NCBI RefSeq assembly: GCF_018977255.1
Contig: NW_024704747.1
Location: 19,406,001-19,470,000, forward strand
Direction of reading: 5' to 3'
Source: Callorhinchus milii
Taxonomy: Eukaryota
Length of the DNA: 64,000 nt
Shown in pieces: positions 13,028-24,766 of the stretch; position 1 is the first letter of the stretch; every line of letters starts with the position of its first letter. The position numbers and the translations under genes are program-made. The notes beneath the pieces are model-generated. The model was given only the letters and a program-made list of their open reading frames with translations. It did not search any database and was not told where the DNA came from.

Positions 13028-13094
13028 ATTCGGTGTACTGCTGCAGCTGAGCAAACTCTGCTGGACTTAGGATAATCCACTTTCCATCACACAT
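13028..13094 (-). CDS. DGKG: Diacylglycerol kinase first coding exon: MCDGKWIILSPAEFAQLQQYTE(Y)
   Basis: ATG at 13094-13092 in AAAATGT context with an in-frame TAG just upstream. 67 coding nt end at donor AAT|gtaagt (phase 1). The W-x-x-L-S-P-x-E-F-x-Q-L-Q-x-Y-x-E-Y pattern is typical of type I DGKs. Trp at position 6 matches DGKG spacing as I recall it (DGKB has Trp at 7). Confidence 0.9.
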
Positions 13095-13421
13095 TTTCTA
13101 AAAAATCCTTCTTAGCCTGAATCGGCACTCATGAAGAGAGTACAACCAATCCCAAAGTCAAATGCCTCTAGAAAAATATATCCCCAGAAGACATAGCCTC
13201 CTGATTGCAATTGGCGGAAGGGTTTGTGGAAGGCTGTTTGATCTAGCTGCCGTCTCTTTACATTTGTTTGCGGACAACACCAAGCAAGCTTCTCTTCACA
13301 AGATGCTTCTCATTATCGCTTCATTACTGTCTCCTGTGATTTGTTTCATTAACAGACTCCCTTGAGGAAAGTCCATTCATATTTTCAAAGGAGCATGAAT
13401 CACGGCAGTTTGTCAAACGTG
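13095..13421 (-). other. DGKG: 5'UTR part of the DGK start-codon exon (full exon 13028-13421)
   Basis: Strong acceptor with a long pyrimidine tract ending ttccttttctgcag| (AG at 13423-13422). Repeat-free sequence runs from there to the ATG. Confidence 0.65.
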
Positions 13422-15039
13422 CTGCAGAAAAGGAAAAAAATATCAATGAGTTTAAGGAAATCCTCTTTAAAGTCACATCAACCCCCTGATTTTCCACAGT
13501 GAAGTACACATTGCAGACAAATTGAAATATTACCTGAATATTTTAGTTCCAATCTCAAATGCGATTTACTTCTTGTCACTGATCAATCACACAATGCCAA
13601 GGTCTGCACATCCCACGGATTAATAATCCACTGCTGCAACATTTTGCAGTGTTTTGACATTCTCATCCACCAGCACAACATTACAAGAACAGTCAAAAGT
13701 GGATGTTACTTAAAATGAACCGTAGACTACACAATAGATGAAAATGACAAAATAAAAAAATTCCTACATATCACAAAGCACCTTTCACGTTAGGAGGACA
13801 TCTCAAAGTGCTTCCCAGGATTAATGCGTCTTGGCTTGGTATTTTGTAGTCAAACTATAACGATACACAGAAGCAACAATAAATAGTCCATGAGAAGCTC
13901 AAGGCAGGATTTAAATCTTGTGGTTAATAAATGTTGCTGTTGTGTTGATTTTCTAGAATAATTTGAGCTTCGCTCTTCACGTCTGTCAATAGAATGGCTG
14001 TTTCATTATTGCTTTTTAATGCAAACCCAATGTGTACTTATTAAATAACACAGCAAAGCCATTTTACCATCTTCACAATAACACTGTCCACTTTAGATGA
14101 GAGCTTTAAACATGCAGGGGAATATTAATACCAATACCAAAGTATTATTATCCATTCAATACTTAACATGTTCACGGAAGCAGCAGTTTATTTAAGACAA
14201 ACTTTTGTCTAAACTATATTTCAACGAATGATTGGTGTTTCAACTATTAGTTGTATATATAGCTCAAGTAGTGAGGGGAGCATGGAGTACAAAGACTTTG
14301 CACAGCTGCCAAGGAGGTGTATGCAAGAGACTTTCTGGATACTGTTTGCATTCAAAGCATCAAGTCGATGCTTTGTTTATCTCATGATCTCATAAAAGTG
14401 CTGAAATTGTCAGTTAGTCAACTTTGAGATCTAAATTTGATCTCAATGGATACTGTTTCTTTTGTCAGACCAATAACAGTGAAGCCAACATTGGCTTGGC
14501 TTGCTCAATTGCTACTGGCGGCTGGCCTCAAGTCCCCTTCATGCATTCTATTTATACAATTCATGTACAGTACAAAGTGGTTGCTATTTGTTTAGACAGC
14601 ACCATTTTCAGGTGTGCTCACTGTTGTGGTTGCCGAGTGGTCAACTGAGGCAGAACATTTCCTTCTGGCAGCGTTTCTGAGGCTGGAGTTCAGAGAATGA
14701 CGTTAGACAGACAAGTAGAGTACTCGAAAACAGAGGAATGGATTCCCCATTGGGGGTTTCCAAGATGTGTTGCTTTTCAGAATGGCTGGGTTTATTTGCA
14801 ACTTCAAAAACATTGACATTCATGTCATCCCTTCGGACTCATTTAGCAAGTTGATGGTGTTTGCATAACACTAATCCATCACGAGATTCTGCTGCTCGCA
14901 TGGAAAGCATAAGCCATCAACACAACTCACCGATCTCGAGACCACACACAATATAAATAGTTCTACAAGTCTGAGTAGCCAGATAAAAGAAGTGAATTAT
15001 GGCTACCTTATGACTTAACAGCTGCAATAGGTAACGTAC

Positions 15040-15350
15040 GTAGTCTAGGTTGACCCTCCAGTGGAGTACCGGGTGGGGGAGTACTGCATTGTTGAGGTGC
15101 TGTTCTTTAGAGGAGACGTTAAACTGGGATCCAAATGTTCCTGTTCTTCAGGTGAACATTTAAGATCCCACAACGCTATTTGAAAAGAGTTTATTTCACT
15201 GGGTGTCTGATCCAATAAATTACTCATTCACCTCATGGCTGTTTATGGGATTTTCCTGAGAACAAAGAGTTGCTGCATTTATCTACAAACATTAGTCACC
15301 ACACTCACTCTGTGATCGTTTTGAGATTTTTGCCAGACTTGAGATAAGTC
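15040..15350 (+). mobile_element. Deu-type SINE (degraded)
   Basis: gtactgcattgttgaggtgctg...cattcacctcatggctgtttatggga. Confidence 0.7.
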
Positions 15351-15605
15351 CTTTCTTAATTCAGTGAACAAAATGCATTGGCAAGCTTCTTCGCACTGTT
15401 TGTAGCAGAGTTTTACGTCACAACCGTGAACATACAACATTTTTAATTTCCAGTGTCAACCCTCATATCAATTTCTATCTCATATGTTTTGACACTCTTA
15501 ACAAGAAATTCAAAACATATTTCATGCCAGTAAGTCTGCACGAGGCATACATTTGTCATAAATAGCCAACGTGGTCTTAAAATATATTTAGCTGCCTGGC
15601 AACAA

Positions 15606-16560
15606 ATTATCAAAATGATTTTCTGAGAATTTTATCTGAGGCTTTTCTGCGGATTGAATGGAGGAGGAAATCAGCTCTGGTTGGACCAACACCTGAATAA
15701 ACTACACAAATGGCAAACAACAAAGCACTGCAGTTTATCCCCATGTGAGAGGTAGAAGCAAAGCTGAACAATAGTCCAATTTCTTCAAAGAAATCAGAGC
15801 AGGTTCTTGGGATCTTGACTAGCATGGATGTCAGCCAATGTTTGTAACTCGTTCATATTTCTAAAAATAAATATATTCCCTCCCATTGCCATCCAAATAT
15901 CGGACTTTTCAAATCAAAAGGATAAGTCAGTGACTTGATGGTTTCATGCACATCAGCTGCCACAGCAATAAGTTGTATAAACACAGTGTATTGGGTTTTC
16001 CTGTAACTTTCAAAAATTATTGGGGGAGATATTCCACTTGGGTCTAGATGTACTTTATTTATGTAAAGTTTAAAGTGTTTGCAAATTCTTAAACACAGTT
16101 TTAACTTTCAAACAGGTTTTCTGCAAATGTATTTTCAGAATTACAGGAAGCTGACTTAAAAAACAAGACTAAATTCAACAACTTGCCAATTTCAGCATGC
16201 TCTATTTACTGGAAATAGAGTAAATCTGGACCCAGGTGGAATTTCTCCCCTGTTGCATCTAATCCAAGTGATTACCATATGCATTAGAAACTTGAAAAGA
16301 CTGTCTGATATTTAGACCAGGGTGATTCAATCTTTTGGGTGTTGAGGGCCAGATGCCACACTTAAGAACATCAGCTGGCCGCATAAGCCATATTTTTATT
16401 TTTCCCTTCCACAAACATAAAAGAATCATACAGAAATCCTAGGTATTGAATTGTGTGACTATTATCAAAATGATTTTCAGAGAATTTTATATGAGGCTGT
16501 TCTGTGGATTAAATGGAGGAGGAAATCAGCTTGGTTTGGTCCCACACCTGAACAAACTAC
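15606..16560 (+). repeat. 100-bp direct duplication (15606-15705 and 16461-16560)
   Basis: Ungapped alignment by eye shows about 11 mismatches in 100 nt. Confidence 0.9.
16022..16250. mobile_element. Palindromic MITE-like element with about 38-bp inverted termini
   Basis: Left arm ggggagatattccacttgggtctagatgtactttattt versus reverse-complemented right arm ggggagaaattccacctgggtccagatttactctattt. Confidence 0.8.
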
Positions 16561-17245
16561 TTTGGGGAGGACAGGTTTGCAGGACTATGGGGAGAGAGCG
16601 GGGGAGTGGGATTGATTTGGATAGCTCTTTTTGAAGAGCAGCACAGACACGATGGGCTGTATTTTTCTGTGCTGTATAATTCTATGATTACTTGATAATG
16701 ATCATCTCAAATAGAAATATATGCATAAAAGCTTTTAAATGTATTACAGGGAAAACACCAGATATCAATCCACATATGGAGGTCCCTACAGAGAATGCTC
16801 AACAAAATCCAAACAGGTTAATCCATAATTGCAAAACTAACTCTGAATTCCTTCAACATAGAACCATGACTTGCAAGCAAACAAGGCACTGAGGTTTTCC
16901 AGTACTTTCAATAAACAAGTAATCCACTTCCCACTTATGCTGAAATCCTCCATTTTCCATATCTACGTCGAGTTTCCTACTGAGACTCATAGATCTGTAG
17001 ATTTAAAGTTGCAAAGTACTCCTGCTGTTCGTTGCTTCTCACCAGGTTGCATGAGGTTTGAGGCTGTGTGAAACGTGATGGGGACAGGCGGAGTGGGAGG
17101 ACTCTCTTCCTGTCACTCTCCGTGCTGCCTCATAGCGCGGAAGAGAGGTGCAAGCCGTGTGGTAAAACAGTTAAGTCGGTTTATGGGCTGGACTAAATCT
17201 GTGCCGGTTTGTGGCCCACAGGCTGCCCGTTGGACCACCGCACTG
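16318..17245. mobile_element. hAT/Charlie-like non-autonomous DNA transposon, interrupted
   Basis: Left end cagggtgattcaatcttttg...gggccaga; right end gtggcccacaggctgcccgttggaccaccgcactg. The internal tttcccttccacaaacata is shared, inverted, with 39999-40211. Confidence 0.6.
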
Positions 17246-17415
17246 CTCAGACTATCTGGAGAAAACTCAAACTACTTCTATGGTTAACATTAAGCCACTT
17301 TGCAACCATACCCTAAAATTTGTTAACAAAATATCTCATTTATTTTATAAGAGCAACTCTATTCACATTTTAAAAGGTTAATAGGTTGCAAATGTATCAC
17401 TCAATAAAAAAAATC

Positions 17416-17872
17416 TTCAATTCTCCCTCCCATTCGCACTCTGACTTCTCCATCCATGGTCTCTTACGCTGTTCCAATGATGGGGCCTTACAGGCCTCTG
17501 GCCTCGATATTGATTTCAATAATTTCAAACCATAACAGCTCAACTTCCCCCTCCCCCTCTTCTGTGACCATTACCACATAATCTGGATCCCAGACACACG
17601 TTTTCTCTCTCCGGTCTGCCTGTTTTGTTGAATTTCTCCCCCACTTTGTTTTGCATCATTAACACCTCTTTAACCCATCATCCCCCTGTCCTCTACCCCA
17701 TTTTCTCTTTTGTCTTCCTTGTCTCCCCTCTCCGTTAGTCCTTAAAAGCCTCGCCCTCCCAACATGCCCCAGTTCTGATGAAGGGTTTTGGACCCAAAAG
17801 GTTACTCACTTTCCTTTCTCCATAGATGCTGCCTGACCTGCTGAGTTGTTCCCAGCGACTTCTGTTTTGATT
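17416..17872 (+). mobile_element. Penelope-like retroelement 3' fragment (GIY-YIG C-terminus plus terminal repeat)
   Basis: 17416-17535 translates to FNSPSHSHSDFSIHGLLRCSNDGALQASGLDIDFNNFKP*, resembling the end of Penelope GIY-YIG domains with an apparent internal deletion. A CT-rich region follows, then ttctgatgaagggt...agatgctgcctgacctgctgagt...ttctgttttt. Confidence 0.85.
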
Positions 17873-17984
17873 TTTAAAAAATCTTTAAATGTGGTATCGC
17901 GCCTTTCACATTGGGAGGAAGTCCCAAAGCGCTTCACAGGATTTACTGTAACGTGACTGTGTGTTTTATGGGTTAACTTCACAC

Positions 17985-18152
17985 TTTACTTTAGGCCTCA
18001 AGACCCTCCTCTTCGACCATGCCATCGGCCATCCCCCTCGCTTACCCCCCCAACCCCACCTCTGGTCTGAAATGCTGTACTCTGTCCAGCGCCTTGGGAT
18101 GTCCTCCCGACCTGAAAGACCTATACAAATGTAATCTTGTGGTTATTGTTGT
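17985..18152 (+). mobile_element. L2 3' end fragment
   Basis: ctcaagaccctcctcttcgaccatgcc followed by the L2-type tail. Confidence 0.8.
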
Positions 18153-18959
18153 TTACTGTAGTTACAACCACTATAGGACAGACACCAAGCCTCGACTGCC
18201 AACTGTAATCCCTTCAGGAACGACTGATCACATTGTCATTCCTATAGCCTTCTCAGTAATATTCCTTATTAAACCTCCATTGCCCTTTTCTTACAGCATT
18301 AATCAATAGATTCACTCAAATCTATCTTTCCTACGAGTCAAGACTACTGGCAAATTTCACTGTCCCTGAAGAGCTATGGTATAATCTGAAACTTGATACA
18401 AGGAACATTCCTACTGCCAAGGCTCCCAACTGCTGTCTTCACTTCCTCATACAATTTACGGACTTTTAAATCCCACCCTTGAAGTACTCTATAGTACTTT
18501 TTAATTTATCTAATTCTCTCTCTTACTCATCAGTCTTGTGGCGCCCTGAACTATAAACCTTCACTTGGGTAACAACACAAAAAAAATACTTTTTCCTCTT
18601 ACTTTTGGTAATCCAATTTATCTGGGTATGAAAGCTTGTGGCCAAATGAATGATGGACCCAAGTAAACTTTGTCTCACTTTTTCCAGACTTTGTTGGGAA
18701 AACTTAATCTCAAGGATATCCATTTATTTGCTCATTTACGGACCTAGATATCTCAGAAAAAGAGTCTACAAGATGGGAGAAAAACTTTTGGCAATTTGGA
18801 AGATTTTGATTGTAGGGAGAAGGGAAATACAGTTCCGTTCCAACAGCAGCGGACAAATCAGTTTCCTCTCTGATCATTACTTCTAAGGTTTTGCTATCAC
18901 AGAAACTCAAGGGGCAGAGGAATCGGAAGACTATTTCCTTGGCACTAAACTAAAAATGC

Positions 18960-19170
18960 AGTTTCTCCTGATGTCCTGGCCAATGATCTACCAGAGAAAA
19001 TTGGTCAATCAGTTCATGGCTGTAAGTAGGACATTGCCACATGGAAATTGGTCGTCACATTTGCCTACAAATACACAGTCAATGCAGATTACGATATAAC
19101 CTGTGAAGTGCTATGAGGTGCACTCCTGGCAATGAAAGGTGCGATATCAAATTCAAGGAATATTATTACT
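18960..19170 (+). mobile_element. Deu-type SINE 3' half
   Basis: gtttctcctgatgtcctggccaa followed by the shared tail. Confidence 0.75.
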
Positions 19171-19484
19171 CTAACTGTGTGAGGCCCACTATCACATTAT
19201 TCCATGTGATAATCTCTCTTTATCTCGTCCTGAATACAGCATTCAGGAAGCAGGACTCAAAACTAAATCAATAACTACTTCAACCAGAATCATCAACATA
19301 AAAGTTGGAGTAGTTGATGCAGAAGTGGCATCTAATAACCGCTACACGTTTAGCATAATTTGGAAATTCAAGCCTCAAATGATTTATTTTCACTGTTCAC
19401 AGAGTCGATGTTCACTGAAATTTGGACTGAAATCTTTTGCGCTTCAAAACACAATACTTTGGTGGATTTTTAGTCATCAAAAAC

Positions 19485-19650
19485 CTCTGCTACCTGCTGA
19501 CCCCATATAAACCTATCCACTCCCTCCGCTCAGCAGACTCTGGACTGCTCCACGTACCCTGCCCAGCCCGCTCCACCATTGGAGGTCGGGCCTTCAGCCT
19601 TTCTGCCCCCACTCTATGGAACTCGATCCCACATTCCCTTGCTTCACTCC
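19485..19650 (+). mobile_element. L2 ORF2 C-terminal fragment
   Basis: LLTPYKPIHSLRSADSGLLHVP...GGRAFSLSAPTLWNSIP. Confidence 0.85.
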
Positions 19651-20172
19651 CTCACATTAGAAAGATTAGATGGCCTACGAAGGAAAGTAGAATTGCAAAA
19701 GAGGTAAATATGCAGCATTTGTGAATTTATGAAGGAATGCATTTCTGAGCGTTTTTCACATTAGGACTATTTATACAGGTACATTATATCAGTCATCAGT
19801 TCAACCCCACTTCTCTCTCAGTAGCTCGATACACTCTAAAATCTCTTGCAGTTGAGCACTGTTCGTTCTTCCACATACTTTCGAAAGCGTGACACACAAA
19901 ATCTTTTTGGTGATGAAATATTTCATTTCCCTTTAGAGAGATACAAAAGGAGTGGGCTGTTGCCAGGAACCGAAAGCTGAGCAAAAGAAACAACTTTTGT
20001 TATCAGTACTTATACGAATAAAACAATCCATCTAATCTGCCAAATGTGACATATATTTTTTGTAAGGCAACATTATTAAAAAATATATATATTGTGGATC
20101 TCTCGCCCATAGTCAATGTGTTGGTCCTTTTCATTTTCAAAATTACGATTGATTTCCCAAATAGCACATAAG

Positions 20173-20545
20173 CAACAACAACAACAATTTGCACTTATAT
20201 AGCATCCTCCACGCAGGCTAGCGCACTGTTAAGCGATCTGAGATCGCTTAACAGTGGCGGAGCCTGACTCTGAGTCAGGGGAGGTGGCCATACGCACGGT
20301 CGAAGAGGAAAGTTTTCAGGCAGGACTTGAAAGATGGGTGAGAGGGGGCAAAAGAGAGAGATTGAGGGAGAGTGTTCAGAGGTTTGGGGCGTAGTGGCTG
20401 AAAGCACAACCTCTGATGTTGGGGCGGAGTGTACGAGGGACGAGCAGGAGGCCCGTGCCAGTCGAGCGGAGGCGCCGGGTGATGGATTGGGGAGTGAGGA
20501 AGTCGGAGAGATAGAGAGGTGCCAGGGAGTGAATGGATTTGAAAC
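20173..20545 (-). mobile_element. L2 3' fragment (different subfamily)
   Basis: FKSIHSLAPLYLSDFLTP...LRSTGTGLLLVP...AFSHYAP on the minus strand, with a (TTG)n tail at 20173-20187. Confidence 0.85.
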
Positions 20546-20884
20546 AGGAAGTATAGGCATGAGGTACATAAACATTCATAAAAACTTTCTCACCGTATCG
20601 TGTGGTTTTTTTACAGCAATCGAGAAAATCCAAGCCTGTTCTGTCCTGGTAATGAAACTCAATGCCTCTGCTTGAACTAATGTTGAAACATGCCTTTGTC
20701 TCAGGGGCGGACTTTAGAGATTCAAGATACTTCACAAGATCAGTTTGGCCCATCTGATCTCATGCCTCTAGAACACACATTCCACCCCACTATCCTCCCA
20801 TTACACCTGCAAGCCTTTTTAAAATATAGTCTAGTATGCTTGTCTCAGCCACCCTTCCTGGTAACCTGTTCCAGTCAATTACTT

Positions 20885-21050
20885 AATGGGATAGAGAATC
20901 CAAAACAATACTTTCAGATTTGCCACAATAGCAGGACCAGAGTGGGCAGGTTCAGGCTTGTGAAGGGCAAGCTTAGGACAGACATTAGGAATTATTTATT
21001 TAACCAGAGGGTAATTGACAGCTTGAATGAAGGTGGTTGAGTCAGGATTA
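20885..21050 (+). mobile_element. CR1 LINE ORF2 C-terminal fragment
   Basis: NSRTRVGRFRLVKGKLRTDIRNYLFNQRVIDSLN resembles the CR1 'RTRGH..KL...R..FFSQRV...WN' ending. Confidence 0.8.
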
Positions 21051-21928
21051 CTGAGCCTATGTTATAAAAGTATGCTACAATGAGAAAACATTGTGGTTGA
21101 TTTTCTGGAAGTAAAAGATCAAAGGATTTTCTTCACTGGAACCCCTCTCTTATGCTTGTGAAATGTACAGGATTACACAATTTAGGAAGTCTGTTTAGGT
21201 AGTTGGCACAGGCACAATGGGGTGAATGGCTTCCTTCTGTGCTATAAGATTCTATGATCATTGTACTTATTGCATTATTATTATTATTACTTGCATTTGC
21301 TTTAATATGGGAAAAAAAACCAAAGCACTACGTTTGTATACTGTTCATTTTCCAAACATTTCATGACATGAATATGGAATAGGGCCATGGCAAATAAATA
21401 TAAGAATATTCCAAAAGAGTTCACAATTAAAATTAAAAAAACCATCTCCACACATATCTATAATTTGTGCTGGTTTAGAAATATCACCTGTGGGCACCAA
21501 AATCAATTTCAGGAGAGGATGAATCATTCAGCTATGAGCTACTGAGGCAAAACTTTCCATTACAGATTCCCCTAATCCTGTCCTTGACATCCTAAGAAAA
21601 AGCCTTCAGTGTCTTAAAGGTGTCAATCACACTGAAGGGCCCATGAATTACCAAACTGAAATAGGAGCAGTTACAACCACTATCTGAAGCAATTTCAAAA
21701 CAAATTGACTTATAACTTACATCCTCTTGTTTTCTTACATTCATCTAAAAAAAATTGGAACAGTCAACGCTGATGGCAACATAGGGGTACACTGACTTTA
21801 AACCGTTATCACAAATGCATCGGTGTAAGACAACTGAATTAATATTAGGAACAGTCATTAACTCAAAATCAACAGTATATCAACTTGCTCACATCTGGGC
21901 TCAGTAGTAACACTCATTCCAAGGTCCC

Positions 21929-22287
21929 AATAATAATAATAATCTTTGCATTTGATATAGTGCCTTATCATGTCTTTGAGAAGTCTCAAAGCACTTCACA
22001 GAATATATTGTAAAGTGAATTGACTGTATACTTTAAGGGTGAAACACAGCAGCCAATTATGCACAAACAGTTGTGGATTGAACCAAATCATTATTATTTT
22101 TTTTGAAGGAACTATTATCCTCAGAAAAGCGATCTGCCAATCGACTAGTAACTGGGTTCCTGCTTACTGCTAGGTAAACAGGGGTGTTGAGTAAGGAAAC
22201 TTGCCCAACGTTTCGACCTGTCCGGGAATCGAACTCAGGTCTCTTGCTTGGGAGGCGAGCACTCTAACCATTGAGCTACAGGACTCC
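21929..22287 (-). mobile_element. SINE with ggagtcctgtagctca head, long variant
   Basis: Minus-strand head ggagtcctgtagctcaatggttagagtgctcg...gagttcgattcccgg; extra segment ctgtttacctagcagtaagcaggaacccag; shared 3' domain and tail. Confidence 0.9.
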
Positions 22288-24766
22288 ATATATCAAATGC
22301 AAGGATTATTATTATTATTTCCGTGAGAGATCCAGAGTGCGTTTTTAAACCTATCACTTAGAGAGGTCATCAATAACACAATTATGATTATACCACAAAT
22401 TTGTAGCAAAGCAACTGCCACTGGGAAGAAACAATCAGAGAATAACCATTTCAGGTCAGTATCTGTATAAGACCAGTCGAAAATAAGGGAAGCTAAATTT
22501 AAGGGACTGATTCTCATCAGGTCAAGTTGGTAGCTGCACAAGTTGACTATAGTCCATGGTAAGAAATCTTGCCTCTGGGCTGGAATGTTATGGGTAGAGC
22601 TCCACAACACCAGGCCTTGAGCTCATATCTAGATTGATACTCCAGAGCAATACTTAGTGAGCGCTGCATTTTTCCAAGGAGATGTAAAACTCAGCTGCTA
22701 GGGGATAGCAAAGCTTCCATTGAACTAATGTATCTTGAAAAGAAGCGAGTTCTTCCGTTATCCCTCATCCAAATTCAAACAGAGTAATTGATTGTCAATC
22801 TCACTGCTCACTGTGTTTTTTCTTGCCATACTTGCCACTGTGATATCACTACACTTCTTTGAGGCATTTCAAACTGATAAGAGACTAATATTTATACTAT
22901 AACTCAAATTACAGCAACAACTAAAAAAAATTGTGTGTTTTTTCATTCCTCTGCAAGAGCTGCTATATTGGGTTCATGCCAGCTCCAGGCCTCACCTTAA
23001 AACCACAGCCTGACCCCATTTCTTTAACAGTGCACAGTGCAGTAGCAATCACAATAGATCTCTTCTTGCACACGGCAGACTGCTTGACCAAGAACTGCAG
23101 TTGAGAAGCGCATGGCCAACCAAACCACTGAAGTAATACTTGTAAGTAAACCACTATTGAAATATGGTTTAGAAAACGGCAAAGCAGAACAAGAGTTAAT
23201 GATGGGAATTTCCAAGGTGTGTGTATAGCAATGAATGGTTCAAGCCGACCGAATCAAAAGTTTGCTGGAAAAAATGCTCACCGTTGCTCAGAAGCGGCTG
23301 CTTAGCAGAAACAAGGATTTTGAAAACTTTTTAAAAATATTTTTGAAAAGCAGCTGAGATTATGGTGCGCTCTGGATTCAAGCAATTTTTCATAAATCCA
23401 GTATTATGGTTCATACTAAATACCTTAACCAGTCACTGCACTTAAAAACAGTAACAATAACTTGTATTTGTATTCCGCCCTTGAGTTGAGTAGCATCTCC
23501 GTATATACTTAGATACATTGAACGGTTATCAATACGATCTAATGCTAGCTTTAGTTTGTTGTCATTGAGTTCCTAAAAGATGCAATTCTAAGTCCTGGTA
23601 CAATACAGATTAGACATGTACACACACAAACATACAATGAGAAGTTTGATTGTTATGAATACTTTGACAAAAGCAAGAGTCAAGGTTTGGTATTCAACAG
23701 GCTGCAGCAGCTTGTCTCAACAGTGTAGGAGGCTTAGTGGAGGTTAAACGATTGTGGGGATCAGTGCAGTGTGACATACTTTGGTAGAGGACGGCGTGAG
23801 GTAAGTTAGAGCTTTACTCGTTCTTTGCTAATACATGGTTATCGCTTGTTTCTGGAAAAATGTTTTTGGAGTCAAATGGCTGTCAGGTGTCAGGGGTGGA
23901 GTGGAACCATATAAAGGCGAGGTGTCCTTGCGTGACAATATACAGCTAGGCGTTATTGGACAATTATTCCATGGCACAAACAACATAATACATGGTTACC
24001 ATCTGAAATCGGCAAGTTTGCCTTATCAGGGTGTGTGGGAGCTCACATGTATGTCGTGCACACAGGGATGTTTCTGAATGTCTTAAAGCGAACGTCCCAA
24101 AAAACGTGTGCACATCATGTGTGCCATGAACCTGTCCGCACTCCCCATTAAGAGGGGGCGGGTGGATAGGGAGGGGGGAATACAAGACCCCATTGGTAAC
24201 TGTGCCCGGCAAAGGGCAGCAGAACCCAGAGGCGGGGAATCCTTGGTCCCTCCACCAAAGTGGTGTGCGCAGAGTTAACCCCCGACCCCAATGGTCTGTT
24301 GCGTTCTGTAACGGGATAATAACATGTTGCGTTTTCTTTTCTGTAATGGGTTTGATACTGTTTGAAACAAGCATAAATATATATCAACAAATAAATACAT
24401 ATATTTTATAAAAGCAAACATAATATAGTTACTCGTCTTACCCTTAGTTAGTACCTGATAGATTATAAATTCTTATATATTGCAATACTTTGTAAAAAGT
24501 TTGGATGAGCCACTATATTTTATCCTTGCATTCTTGCTACTCTTTAGGTCTCACTGTGCCGCATATTATCTCTGGTTAAGATCATGGGCAGGGCACATGT
24601 TATAATAATCCTTATAGTTGATGTAGGGCCTTATCATGTCGTTGAGACGTTGCAAATCACTTCACAGGATTTTACTGTAAAGTGCTGTGACTGTAAGCTA
24701 GACTGCAACCGTTTATCATATCTTCGAGACATCTCAAAGCGCTTCACAGATTATACTGTAAAGTGA

